Assembly (NCBI GenBank): GCA_013697465.1
Contig: JACCWU010000173.1
Coordinates: forward strand, 1 to 47,605
From: Actinomycetota bacterium
GTDB taxonomy: Bacteria > Actinomycetota > Thermoleophilia > Gaiellales > Gaiellaceae
Direction of reading: 5' to 3'
DNA length: 47,605 nucleotides
Shown piece by piece: positions 41,375 to 47,605 of this stretch (positions are counted from its first letter, which is position 1; every line of letters begins with the position of its first letter). The notes under the pieces were generated by a model. The model was not told the origin of the DNA. It did no database searches and worked only from the letters and a program-made list of their open reading frames with translations. The translations under genes were made by a program, and so were the position numbers.

Positions 41375-42019
41375 CTCCGGCGGGCGCTGCTCGATCCGGC
41401 TGGCCGCGAGCGCTCCGAACCACAGCACCGAGAGGAGCACGAAGGCCGCCCCGAGTGCTCGCAGCAGCTCGTCGTCGCCGATCAGTGCGCCCGGAAGGAG
41501 CGAGACGTCGCCACCTCCTGCGATTGAAGTGCCTTCGCCGGCCGTCGCGATGAGCCAGGTCGAGATCAGACCTGCGACGACCGTTGCTACCACCGAGCCG
41601 AGATAGAGAGACCGCGCGAGGACCGCGGGCGTTCCGACCGCAAGGGTCAGACCCAGAGCGACGAGCGCGAAGAAGCTCCACACGAAAGCGATCCCGGCGA
41701 TCTTTCCGTACGCCTCGCTGTCGATCTCCTGCCAGGCGGCGAGCACGAACATGTCGGTCGCGAGCCCGGCGACGACGATGCTCCCGAGCGCGACGATCTC
41801 CATCCGGCCACGCTTGAGACACGCGATGGCGCACGCGATCGTCGCGCCGGTGAGGAAGACGAGGAACGCGATGCCGATCCCCAAGCCGAAAGCGGAAGCG
41901 ACGTTGTCGGCGTCGATCACGGCGATCAGGCCGAGCAGCCCAGCGATGCCGAGGGTGGCGAGCGCGATCAGCGCGCCGACCTCGAGCGGGGAGCGATCCT
42001 GTATAGGCCGCCGGTCCAT
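41351..42019 (-). CDS. Hypothetical polytopic membrane protein (222 aa)
   Basis: The tail of ORF 41351..43180 from the ATG at 42019: MDRRPIQDRSPLEVGALIALATLGIAGLLGLIAVID... Six or seven hydrophobic segments and high GC3. No family recognised. Its 3' end overlaps the ychF 3' end by 24 nt (convergent). Confidence 0.65.
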   Translation of the reverse strand: MDRRPIQDRSPLEVGALIALATLGIAGLLGLIAVIDADNVASAFGLGIGIAFLVFLTGATIACAIACLKRGRMEIVALGSIVVAGLATDMFVLAAWQEIDSEAYGKIAGIAFVWSFFALVALGLTLAVGTPAVLARSLYLGSVVATVVAGLISTWLIATAGEGTSIAGGGDVSLLPGALIGDDELLRALGAAFVLLSVLWFGALAASRIEQRPPESHVEAHV

Positions 42020-42057
42020 ACGGGCCGGTTCGCGGCCGGGGATCGCGATCCTTCCGG

Positions 42058-42891
42058 TCAGCCGGCGGCGACGAGCACTGCGCCCACAAGCGCCACAGCG
42101 CCACCGACGCGCTTGCCCGCGCTCAACCGCTCCGCGAGCACGATCCGGGCCAGCAGGATGGTCACGATGGGATACAGGGAACTGAGGACGGCGACGATCC
42201 CGGGCGTCCCCCTGGTCGTTGCGAATGCGACGCCGACGTTGGCGCCGGTGTCGAAGGCTCCGACCGCGACGAGCGCCGGCAAGTGCCTGCGCGACGCGCG
42301 GAGCGACGTAGAGGTGAGCAGAGCGAAGACCAGGGCGAGCGTCACCGCCGACGAGCGCGCGGCGACGACGGCCCAGGGGGCGCTCTCGTCGGACCCGGCG
42401 TCGATCCCGACGATGAAGCTCCCGAAGCCCAGTGCTGCAACGACCGCCAGGCCTGCGCCCGCGGCGATCCGCCGCCCCCCGCCCTCGGACGGCTCGCGCG
42501 AGAGCGTCATGATTCCCGCAAGGACGAGCGCGATGCCGAGCCACTGCAACGCTGCCGGCGTAACGCCACGCGCGGCGTCGACGGCCAACGGCACCACGGG
42601 CGCGGCCGCGCTGATCGGCGCGACGATGCCCATGGCCCCGACGGCAAGACCGCGATAGAGGGCGCCGAGCCCGATCAGGCTCGCGACGCCCGCGGCCGCT
42701 GCAGGGAGAAGCTCGGAGACGCCTGGAAACGGGTCGTTCGCCAGCCACACCCAGAGGACGACACCCGCCAGGCCGACCGCCTGCGAGATCGCGAGCACTG
42801 CGAGCACGGCGAGGCGCCGTGCTGCGAGACCGCCGAGGAAGTCGCCGATGCCCCAGAGAAGCGCGCCGGAGAGCGCCAGCAACGCGGCCAT
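42058..42891 (-). CDS. EamA/DMT-family transporter
   Basis: MAALLALSGALLWGIGDFLGGLAARR... Ten TM segments arranged as two EamA repeats. Confidence 0.85.
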   Translation of the reverse strand: MAALLALSGALLWGIGDFLGGLAARRLAVLAVLAISQAVGLAGVVLWVWLANDPFPGVSELLPAAAAGVASLIGLGALYRGLAVGAMGIVAPISAAAPVVPLAVDAARGVTPAALQWLGIALVLAGIMTLSREPSEGGGRRIAAGAGLAVVAALGFGSFIVGIDAGSDESAPWAVVAARSSAVTLALVFALLTSTSLRASRRHLPALVAVGAFDTGANVGVAFATTRGTPGIVAVLSSLYPIVTILLARIVLAERLSAGKRVGGAVALVGAVLVAAG

Positions 42892-42900
42892 CGAGTGTTG

Positions 42901-43740
42901 CTAGTCGTCGCCGACGGGCCGGGTCGCCGCCTGTGCGTCGAGCTGGTTTGCGTGGTACAGGACGGCGGCCTCGGCGGTGCGAGCGGCCTGGCGGTCGTGA
43001 TGGCACGCGATCGCATGGAGAAGCTCGGACAGGGCGGTCGGGTCGAGATCGGCCGCGCGCTCCTCGATCATCCGCAGCCCGAGGTGGACATGTCCGAGCA
43101 GGCGTCCTTCCTCGGTCTGGACGAAAGCAGGCCCGGAACGGAGCTCGCGAACACGGCCCACGTCGTGGAGCAGCGCGCACGCGAGCAGGAGGTCGGCGCG
43201 AAGCCTGGGATGCAGCTGGGCCGTCTCACGGCAAAGCGTCGCGACCCCGACCGAATGCTCGAGCAACCCTCCGGCGTAGCCGTGGTGACCGTCGACTCCA
43301 GCCGCCGGAAGCGTGCGAAAGCGCGTGCGGATCTCCGGATCCCGTACGAAGGATTCCACGAGCTCGGCGAGACCTGGATGAGCAATCTCGGCGGCGAGGA
43401 ACTCGAAGAAGCCGTCCAGCTCGTCGGCATCTCGCCGCAGGACGGGCGTCAGCGCGGCGGGGTCGGCCTCCTCGGCCGCCTCGAGTGCGCGTATCTGGAG
43501 CTGCAGCTTGCCGCCGAAGCGCTCCACGCGGCCCAGCACTCGCACCGCGTCCCCCTGGTCGAAGCGCGTGTCGAGAAGCTCGACGTCGCTCCAGACCCGA
43601 GCCTCGATCCGGCCGGTCGAGTCGGCGAGCTCGAGTGCAAGGTACGAAGCCCCAGCTCGAGTTCGGCGACGTTCCTTCTTCGTGACCGCGAACACCGCGT
43701 CGACGGTCCGGTCCTCGGCGAGCTCGGCAATCGGGGACAC
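42901..43740 (-). CDS. YhaM-like 3'-5' exoribonuclease (OB fold + HD domain)
   Basis: GTG at 43740: VSPIAELAEDRTVDAVFAVTKKERRRTRAGASYLALELADSTGRIEARVW (OB fold)...HHGYAGGLLEHSVGVA...LLHDVGR...GHV...HH (HD). The upstream 242 codons of ORF 42901..44466 are a shadow of the DUF1015 gene. Confidence 0.8.
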   Translation of the reverse strand: MSPIAELAEDRTVDAVFAVTKKERRRTRAGASYLALELADSTGRIEARVWSDVELLDTRFDQGDAVRVLGRVERFGGKLQLQIRALEAAEEADPAALTPVLRRDADELDGFFEFLAAEIAHPGLAELVESFVRDPEIRTRFRTLPAAGVDGHHGYAGGLLEHSVGVATLCRETAQLHPRLRADLLLACALLHDVGRVRELRSGPAFVQTEEGRLLGHVHLGLRMIEERAADLDPTALSELLHAIACHHDRQAARTAEAAVLYHANQLDAQAATRPVGDD

Positions 43741-43746
43741 GGCTTG

Positions 43747-43752
43747 AGTGTA
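43747..43752 (-). promoter_or_regulatory. Candidate -10 box TACACT (reverse strand), 6 nt before the GTG at 43740
   Basis: The reverse strand reads TACACT-caagcc-GTG in a 42-nt divergent spacer. Confidence 0.5.
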
Positions 43753-43769
43753 CGAACACAGCACGTTGG

Positions 43770-43775
43770 TACGCT
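43770..43775 (+). promoter_or_regulatory. Candidate -10 box TACGCT, 7 nt before the ATG at 43783
   Basis: TACGCT-cgccgcg-ATG in the same 42-nt spacer. Confidence 0.5.
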
Positions 43776-43782
43776 CGCCGCG

Positions 43783-44868
43783 ATGGCCGATGTGCAGCCG
43801 TTCCGCGCCGTCCGCTACTCCGGCGCGGCGGGCGCGCTGGCGGATCTCGTGGCGCCGCCGTACGACGCGGTGTCCGACGAGGAGCGCGAGCGCCTGTACA
43901 CGAGGAGCCCGTTCAACGTCGTCCACGTCACGCTCCCCGACTCGCCCGACGAGGCCGCGCGCCTGTACCGAAGCTGGCTCTCGGACGGCGTTCTCGAACG
44001 GGACGAGGACACCGCGGCCTGGTTTCTCCTCGAGAAGTACGTAGGCCCGGACGGTGTCGCGCGCGAGCGACGGGGACTGGTCGCCTCCGTCGCTGCCGAG
44101 CCGTATTCGACGGGGGCCGTCCTGCCCCACGAGCGGACGCATCCACGAATCAGGGAAGAGCGGCTCCGGCTGCTGCGCGCGATCGAGGTGCATCCGGAGC
44201 CGATCTTCCTGCTCGTCGATCGTCCGCTCACGCTTGACCTGCCCGCGGGTCCGGCGGATGTCGCCGTCGACGGGACGCAGCTCTGGCGGCTCTCGAAGAT
44301 CGACGCGGATGCGCTTGTCGGGGGCGCCCAGTTGCTGATCGCGGATGGCCACCATCGCTACGAGAGCACGCTCGAGCTCGGAGCCGAGAGGGCCACGCCG
44401 CGGCCGAGGATCATGGCTCTCCTCGTGTCGACCGAGGACCCCGGCCTGCACGTGTTTCCGACTCACCGGATATTTCGCGATCGGCCAGATCTACGTGACG
44501 CGCGCGACGGCGACGCCTGCGCGGATCTCGAGGAGGCACTCGTGCGGCTCGCGGACGAGCCATTCGCCCGCTCCGCTGCGGTCGTCTACCGCGCCGGCCA
44601 CGTCGAGCTCGTCCACGGGCTCGAGGGAGAGCTCGACGTTGAGCTCGTCGATCGACACGGTCTCGACGGGATCGCCTACACCTCTCGTCTCGAGGAGGCC
44701 GCCTCGGCGGTGGACAGAGGCGAGGCCGACGTCGCCTTCATCCTGCGCGGGCCGCGCGTCGCAGACGTGTTTGCGGCGGCGCGGCGCGGTGAGCGCATGC
44801 CCCCGAAGAGCACGTACTTCTTCCCGAAACCGCTGTCCGGACTCCTCTTTCACCCGGTCGAGCCGTGA
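43783..44868 (+). CDS. DUF1015-domain protein
   Basis: MADVQPFRAVRY.......LVAPPYD.VS.EER..LY..SP.N.V.V.LP......A......W...GVL..D......ADGHHRYE....STYFFPKP.SGLL is the DUF1015 hallmark set. It is the tail of ORF 42283..44868. Confidence 0.85.
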   Translation: MADVQPFRAVRYSGAAGALADLVAPPYDAVSDEERERLYTRSPFNVVHVTLPDSPDEAARLYRSWLSDGVLERDEDTAAWFLLEKYVGPDGVARERRGLVASVAAEPYSTGAVLPHERTHPRIREERLRLLRAIEVHPEPIFLLVDRPLTLDLPAGPADVAVDGTQLWRLSKIDADALVGGAQLLIADGHHRYESTLELGAERATPRPRIMALLVSTEDPGLHVFPTHRIFRDRPDLRDARDGDACADLEEALVRLADEPFARSAAVVYRAGHVELVHGLEGELDVELVDRHGLDGIAYTSRLEEAASAVDRGEADVAFILRGPRVADVFAAARRGERMPPKSTYFFPKPLSGLLFHPVEP

Positions 44869-45662
44869 CCGCATGGCTCGAGATCTGCCGCGCGTGCGTT
44901 GTGGACATTCGCGCCGTGCTCGAGTCGATGCCGACGCGCACGGAGCGCGAGCCGGTGCACCGGCGCGGGCAGGGAGGAGACGACACGACCGCTATCGACC
45001 AGGCGGCGGAGGATGCCATCGTCGAGCGGCTGGCCGCGACGGGGGAGAGCTTCGTGCTCGTCTCCGAAGAGCTGGGAACGCGCATTTTCGGCACGGGAGG
45101 AACACGCGTGGTCGTCGTCGACCCGATCGATGGTTCGGTCAACGCCAAGCGCGGCATCCCGTTCTTCTCCTTCTCGCTCGCGGTCGCCACTGGACCGACC
45201 ATGGGCGACGTCGATTTCGGGTACGTCTACGACTTCGGCTCGGGCGAGGAGTGGACGGCGCATGCCGGCGGGGGCGCGTTTCTCGACGGAGCAGCCCTCG
45301 GTGCCGTGCGCCCGAAGGCCACGATCGAGATTCTGTCGTTCGAGGGTACGACCACAGAGGCAATCGCCGCGCAGGCGGCCGCTGTCGCGCCCGTCGCGGA
45401 GCGCCTGAGGGTCATGGGCTCGCTCGCGCTCTCGCTCTGCCACCTCGCCGCGGGACGGGTGGACGCCGTTTGCTCGCTCAAGCCCGCACGTTCCGTGGAC
45501 ATCGCAGCAGCGCAGCTGCTGGTACGGGAGTGCGGTTTCGCGATCGAGCTCTACGAAGCGCCGCCGTTCCTGACCGCGCCGCTCGACTTGGTACCGCGCT
45601 CTCGCCTCGTGGCGGCCGGGACGCCCGAGCTCGTCGACGTGGTCTCGGCTGCGCTGCGCTAG
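44865..45662 (+). CDS. Inositol monophosphatase / FBPase-family phosphatase
   Basis: GTGA overlap with the previous gene. VSEELG, VVVVDPIDGSVNAKRGIP and SVDIAAAQLLVRECG (the WD-x-AA-like motif region). Confidence 0.85.
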   Translation: MTAWLEICRACVVDIRAVLESMPTRTEREPVHRRGQGGDDTTAIDQAAEDAIVERLAATGESFVLVSEELGTRIFGTGGTRVVVVDPIDGSVNAKRGIPFFSFSLAVATGPTMGDVDFGYVYDFGSGEEWTAHAGGGAFLDGAALGAVRPKATIEILSFEGTTTEAIAAQAAAVAPVAERLRVMGSLALSLCHLAAGRVDAVCSLKPARSVDIAAAQLLVRECGFAIELYEAPPFLTAPLDLVPRSRLVAAGTPELVDVVSAALR

Positions 45663-45665
45663 TCC

Positions 45666-46007
45666 CTAGCGGTTGAAGAACCAGCGCTCGAGGAGCGGAA
45701 GCACCTCCTTGCGCGTAAACGGCTTGACATCGGACTCTCGCCCGTCGCGCTCCAGCACGCTGACGTCGTCCTCGAGCGCCTCGTTGGCACGGTCGAGCGC
45801 GTCCTCGAGCTCGTAGCCCTCGAACACGGAGTCGTCGGCGCGCGGCTCGTCCGACTCGCGCAGGTGCGAGTTCACCGTCCGCCCCACGACCCACAGCGCT
45901 CCGGACCGGCGCTCGATCCAGATGACGATTCGTTCCTCCTCGCCGACGTCGTCCACGCCGGCGAGCGTGCGCTCTGCGTACCGCCCCTCGCGTGAGCTTC
46001 GCCTCAT
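45666..46007 (-). CDS. Hypothetical acidic protein (113 aa)
   Basis: The tail of ORF 45666..46862 from the ATG at 46007: MRRSSREGRYAERTLAGVDDVGEEERIVIWIERRSGALWVVGRTVNSH...EVLPLLERWFFNR. Balanced composition and high GC3, unlike the Arg/Ser-rich upstream shadow. No family recognised. Confidence 0.5.
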   Translation of the reverse strand: MRRSSREGRYAERTLAGVDDVGEEERIVIWIERRSGALWVVGRTVNSHLRESDEPRADDSVFEGYELEDALDRANEALEDDVSVLERDGRESDVKPFTRKEVLPLLERWFFNR

Positions 46008-46014
46008 ACGTGGA

Positions 46015-46020
46015 TACAAT
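46015..46020 (+). promoter_or_regulatory. Candidate -10 box TACAAT, 8 nt before the GTG at 46029
   Basis: TACAAT-cgcgtctc-GTG in a 21-nt divergent spacer. Confidence 0.4.
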
Positions 46021-46028
46021 CGCGTCTC

Positions 46029-46274
46029 GTGGCTGTCTTCAAGAACCTCTTCTCGTTTCTGTTCCAGCGCTCGACCGGCGAGGAGCACGTCGCCCGGTAC
46101 GTCGTCCGGGAGCATGACCGAGGCCGAACGCTCGAGGAGATCATGCAGGACCGCTACGTGCAGAACAGGCTGACGCCGGAGCAGCAGAAGCGCCTGCTCG
46201 ACCGGCCCGAGATCATCGAGTCGATCTCGCGCGACAGCGTCGAGGCCGCCAAGGCATCCATAGAGCCTGGCTAG
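46029..46274 (+). CDS. Hypothetical small protein (81 aa)
   Basis: MAVFKNLFSFLFQRSTGEEHVARYVVREHDRGRTLEEIMQDRYVQNRLTPEQQKRLLDRPEIIESISRD... Lys/Glu/Gln-containing composition that is atypical of shadow ORFs here. No family recognised. Confidence 0.5.
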   Translation: MAVFKNLFSFLFQRSTGEEHVARYVVREHDRGRTLEEIMQDRYVQNRLTPEQQKRLLDRPEIIESISRDSVEAAKASIEPG

Positions 46275-46368
46275 TGCGCAAGACCGCAATCCGCTAGCGC
46301 GGATTCCGGTCGCGCGCAACCCCTGAAGACGGGCGCTTCGCGCCCTTCGCTCTGCGCTTTCCCACTGG
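46272..46368 (+). repeat. Structured intergenic repeat, copy D
   Basis: TAGTGCGCAAGACCGCAATCCGCTAGCGCGGATTCCGGTCGCGCGCAACCCCTGAAGACGGGCGCTTCGCGCCCTTCGCTCTGCGCTTTCCCACTGG. Hairpin 1 is 46282-46311. Hairpin 2 is 46331-46345 (GGGCGC-ttc-GCGCCC). Confidence 0.85.
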
Positions 46369-46371
46369 CAG

Positions 46372-47301
46372 CTACAGAGCCAGACCAACGCCGCGCTCGC
46401 GGGCCAGTCGCAGCGCCTCGGCGCCGAGCGCGACGTCCCACGCCGCGATCCCGTTCGACTTGAAGACGACGACGTCAGAGTCCGACTGACGACCCTGGAC
46501 TTGACCTGCGACGACCTCGTGCAGCTCGTGGACCTCGAGCCAGTCGAGGATCCCGGAGCCGACCGGCTCGATGAGGTCGCCGGACTCGAGCCTCGCCTGC
46601 TCGAGGGAGTCGCAGCAAATGAACGCGGCGCGTTCGAGCACGACGTTGTCGAGCTCCCGGCGGCTCGGCTGGTTCGCTCCCGCGGCGACGACGAGCGAAC
46701 CCGGCTGGAGCCACTCGCCCCGGAGGACGGGATCCTTCGAGCTCGTGATCGTGACGACGACGTCCTGCGTCGCCGCGTCCCGGTGACTCTCCGCCGGCTC
46801 GGCGTCGACACGCTCGCAGAATGTCGACAGCCGTTCGGGTGTTCGGCAGTACGCGACAACACGCTCGATCGAAGGTACGGCGGCGCGAACGCACGCGACC
46901 TGGGTCTCCGCCTGGTATCCGCACCCGATGACGCCGAGCGTGCGAGCGTTCGCCTTCGCCAGGTGACGGGCGGCGACTCCGCTGGCGGCGCCCGTTCGCA
47001 GCCGCCCGAGGAGATCGGCCTCGATCACGGCCTCGAGCACCGGTCGCGAGACGTCGAAGAGGCAGACCACGAAGGCAGCGCCTTCTGCGAAGGCCGAGTA
47101 GAGCTTCCCGCCCGCGAGACCGGCGCCGAGATCGGACGCGGCCATGTCGGCCAGTGCTCCTCCGTCGAGGCGCAGCCGGCGGCGTGGCGCGTTCTCGACC
47201 TCACCCGCCGCGATCCGGCGGAAGCAGTCGTCGATCGCCGCGACGGCGTCCGCCGGGGTGAGCAGCGACGCGACATCGGTTTCTGTCAGGTAGAGGGGCA
47301 T
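46372..47301 (-). CDS. Ornithine cyclodeaminase / mu-crystallin family protein
   Basis: From the ATG at 47301: MPLYLTETDVASLL...A.....F......G.....PRR...........A......G.K......LGRLRTGAASGVAARHLA....TLGVIGCGYQA..Q......V......V..Y.R... Confidence 0.9.
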   Translation of the reverse strand: MPLYLTETDVASLLTPADAVAAIDDCFRRIAAGEVENAPRRRLRLDGGALADMAASDLGAGLAGGKLYSAFAEGAAFVVCLFDVSRPVLEAVIEADLLGRLRTGAASGVAARHLAKANARTLGVIGCGYQAETQVACVRAAVPSIERVVAYCRTPERLSTFCERVDAEPAESHRDAATQDVVVTITSSKDPVLRGEWLQPGSLVVAAGANQPSRRELDNVVLERAAFICCDSLEQARLESGDLIEPVGSGILDWLEVHELHEVVAGQVQGRQSDSDVVVFKSNGIAAWDVALGAEALRLARERGVGLAL

Positions 47302-47337
47302 GGGAGCACCTATTGCCTCGTGCCCGCGGCATCGTAG

Positions 47338-47605
47338 ACTCGTCCTGTTCTGGATGCCGAGAACTACCTGGAACTGCGGCTCGACGACTTCCTCGCGCGA
47401 ATCGCGGCGGGCGAGCAAGCGCCGGGGGGAGGGTCGGCGGCGGCGCTCACGGTCGCCCTCGCAGCCGGCCTGGTGGCCATGGTCGCGCGCTGCTCGCGCG
47501 ACTCGTGGACGGACGCGAGCGGGGTCGCCGCCCAGGCGCTGGCAATAGCCGAGCGCGCCGCGCCGCTCGCTCGCGCCGACGCGGAGGTCTGGCAGCAGGC
47601 GGTCG
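47338..47605 (+). CDS. FTCD-C-type cyclodeaminase/cyclohydrolase domain protein, partial (runs off the window; start codon unresolved)
   Basis: Not in the ORF track. My translation of the frame opening after TAG 47335-47337 reads TRPVLDAENYLELRLDDFLARIAAGEQAPGGGSAAALTVALAAGLVAMVARCSRDSWTDASGVAAQALAIAERAAPLARADAEVWQQAV. The L..FL..(L/I)A...P.PGGGSAAAL..AL.A.L..MV pattern is the formiminotransferase-cyclodeaminase C-terminal domain signature. There is no ATG/GTG/TTG before the motif. Confidence 0.6.

Noticed and set aside
41351-43180. 609-aa minus ORF, and 42901..44466 (521 aa), taken at full length
   Set aside because: Only the last 222 codons (membrane protein) and the last 279 codons (OB+HD YhaM-like) look coding. 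The remainder overlaps the EamA and DUF1015 genes in wrong frames.
45657-45671. CGCTAG-tcc-CTAGCG hairpin containing both stop codons of the convergent genes
   Set aside because: A 6-bp stem with a 3-nt loop is too weak and short to call a terminator. It is probably a by-product of two TAG stops in a CTAG context, as also seen at 24470-24473.
1-47605. CRISPR arrays, transposases/IS elements, integrases, prophage or recognisable defence-system genes
   Set aside because: I looked for regularly spaced direct repeats, DDE/tyrosine-recombinase motifs and typical defence domains on both strands and found none. The only multi-copy sequence is the four-copy structured intergenic repeat, whose copies are dispersed and not arrayed.

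Overview
A 47.6-kb, very GC-rich segment (about 70% by eye, not computed), almost entirely coding. I call about 50 protein genes and one tRNA-Phe. There are no rRNA genes, CRISPR arrays, transposases or phage genes. Gene content (Mer/LLM-like oxidoreductase, DUF3107-like small protein, many apparently leaderless starts) suggests a high-GC Actinomycetota-like chromosome; this is inference only.

Left to right:
- M28 peptidase (partial), then an OmpR/HisKA two-component pair
- moaC-mog-UbiA-like prenyltransferase
- ccmABC(D) heme exporter
- SAM hydroxide adenosyltransferase and an amidase
- a decayed patch around tRNA-Phe (frameshifted secreted-protein gene, split methyltransferase, DUF606 remnant, low-GC nucleotidyltransferase) that also holds arginase and an LLM oxidoreductase
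- a hydantoin/dihydropyrimidine catabolic cluster: M20 carbamoylase, NMT1-type ABC importer, dihydropyrimidinase, class III aminotransferase, second M20
- an alpha/beta hydrolase-peroxiredoxin-rarA operon
- kynA plus an M20 peptidase
- rpiA divergent from a long rpe-pgi-pabB-pabC-DUF1385-NAPRTase-GH3 string
- a nicotinamidase-like hydrolase
- an FtsH-like AAA protein whose HEXXH site reads HAAGH
- methylmalonyl-CoA epimerase, a DUF3107-like protein and a ychF-like gene
- a yhaM-like/EamA/membrane-protein operon
- DUF1015 and IMPase
- two small divergent orphan genes
- ornithine cyclodeaminase and a partial FTCD-type cyclodeaminase

Main hunt results:
1. A four-copy, roughly 95-nt intergenic repeat family has two hairpins that keep pairing through compensatory substitutions. 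It always sits just 3' of a gene. I do not recognise it as a named element.
2. A TANNNT -10 hexamer lies 6-8 nt upstream of at least 14 start codons. This implies leaderless transcription, with back-to-back or even overlapping divergent starts.
3. The FtsH paralogue looks protease-dead.
4. Four reading-frame anomalies are either real gene decay or assembly indels.

Many long ORFs in the supplied track are antisense or out-of-frame shadows typical of high-GC DNA and were rejected.
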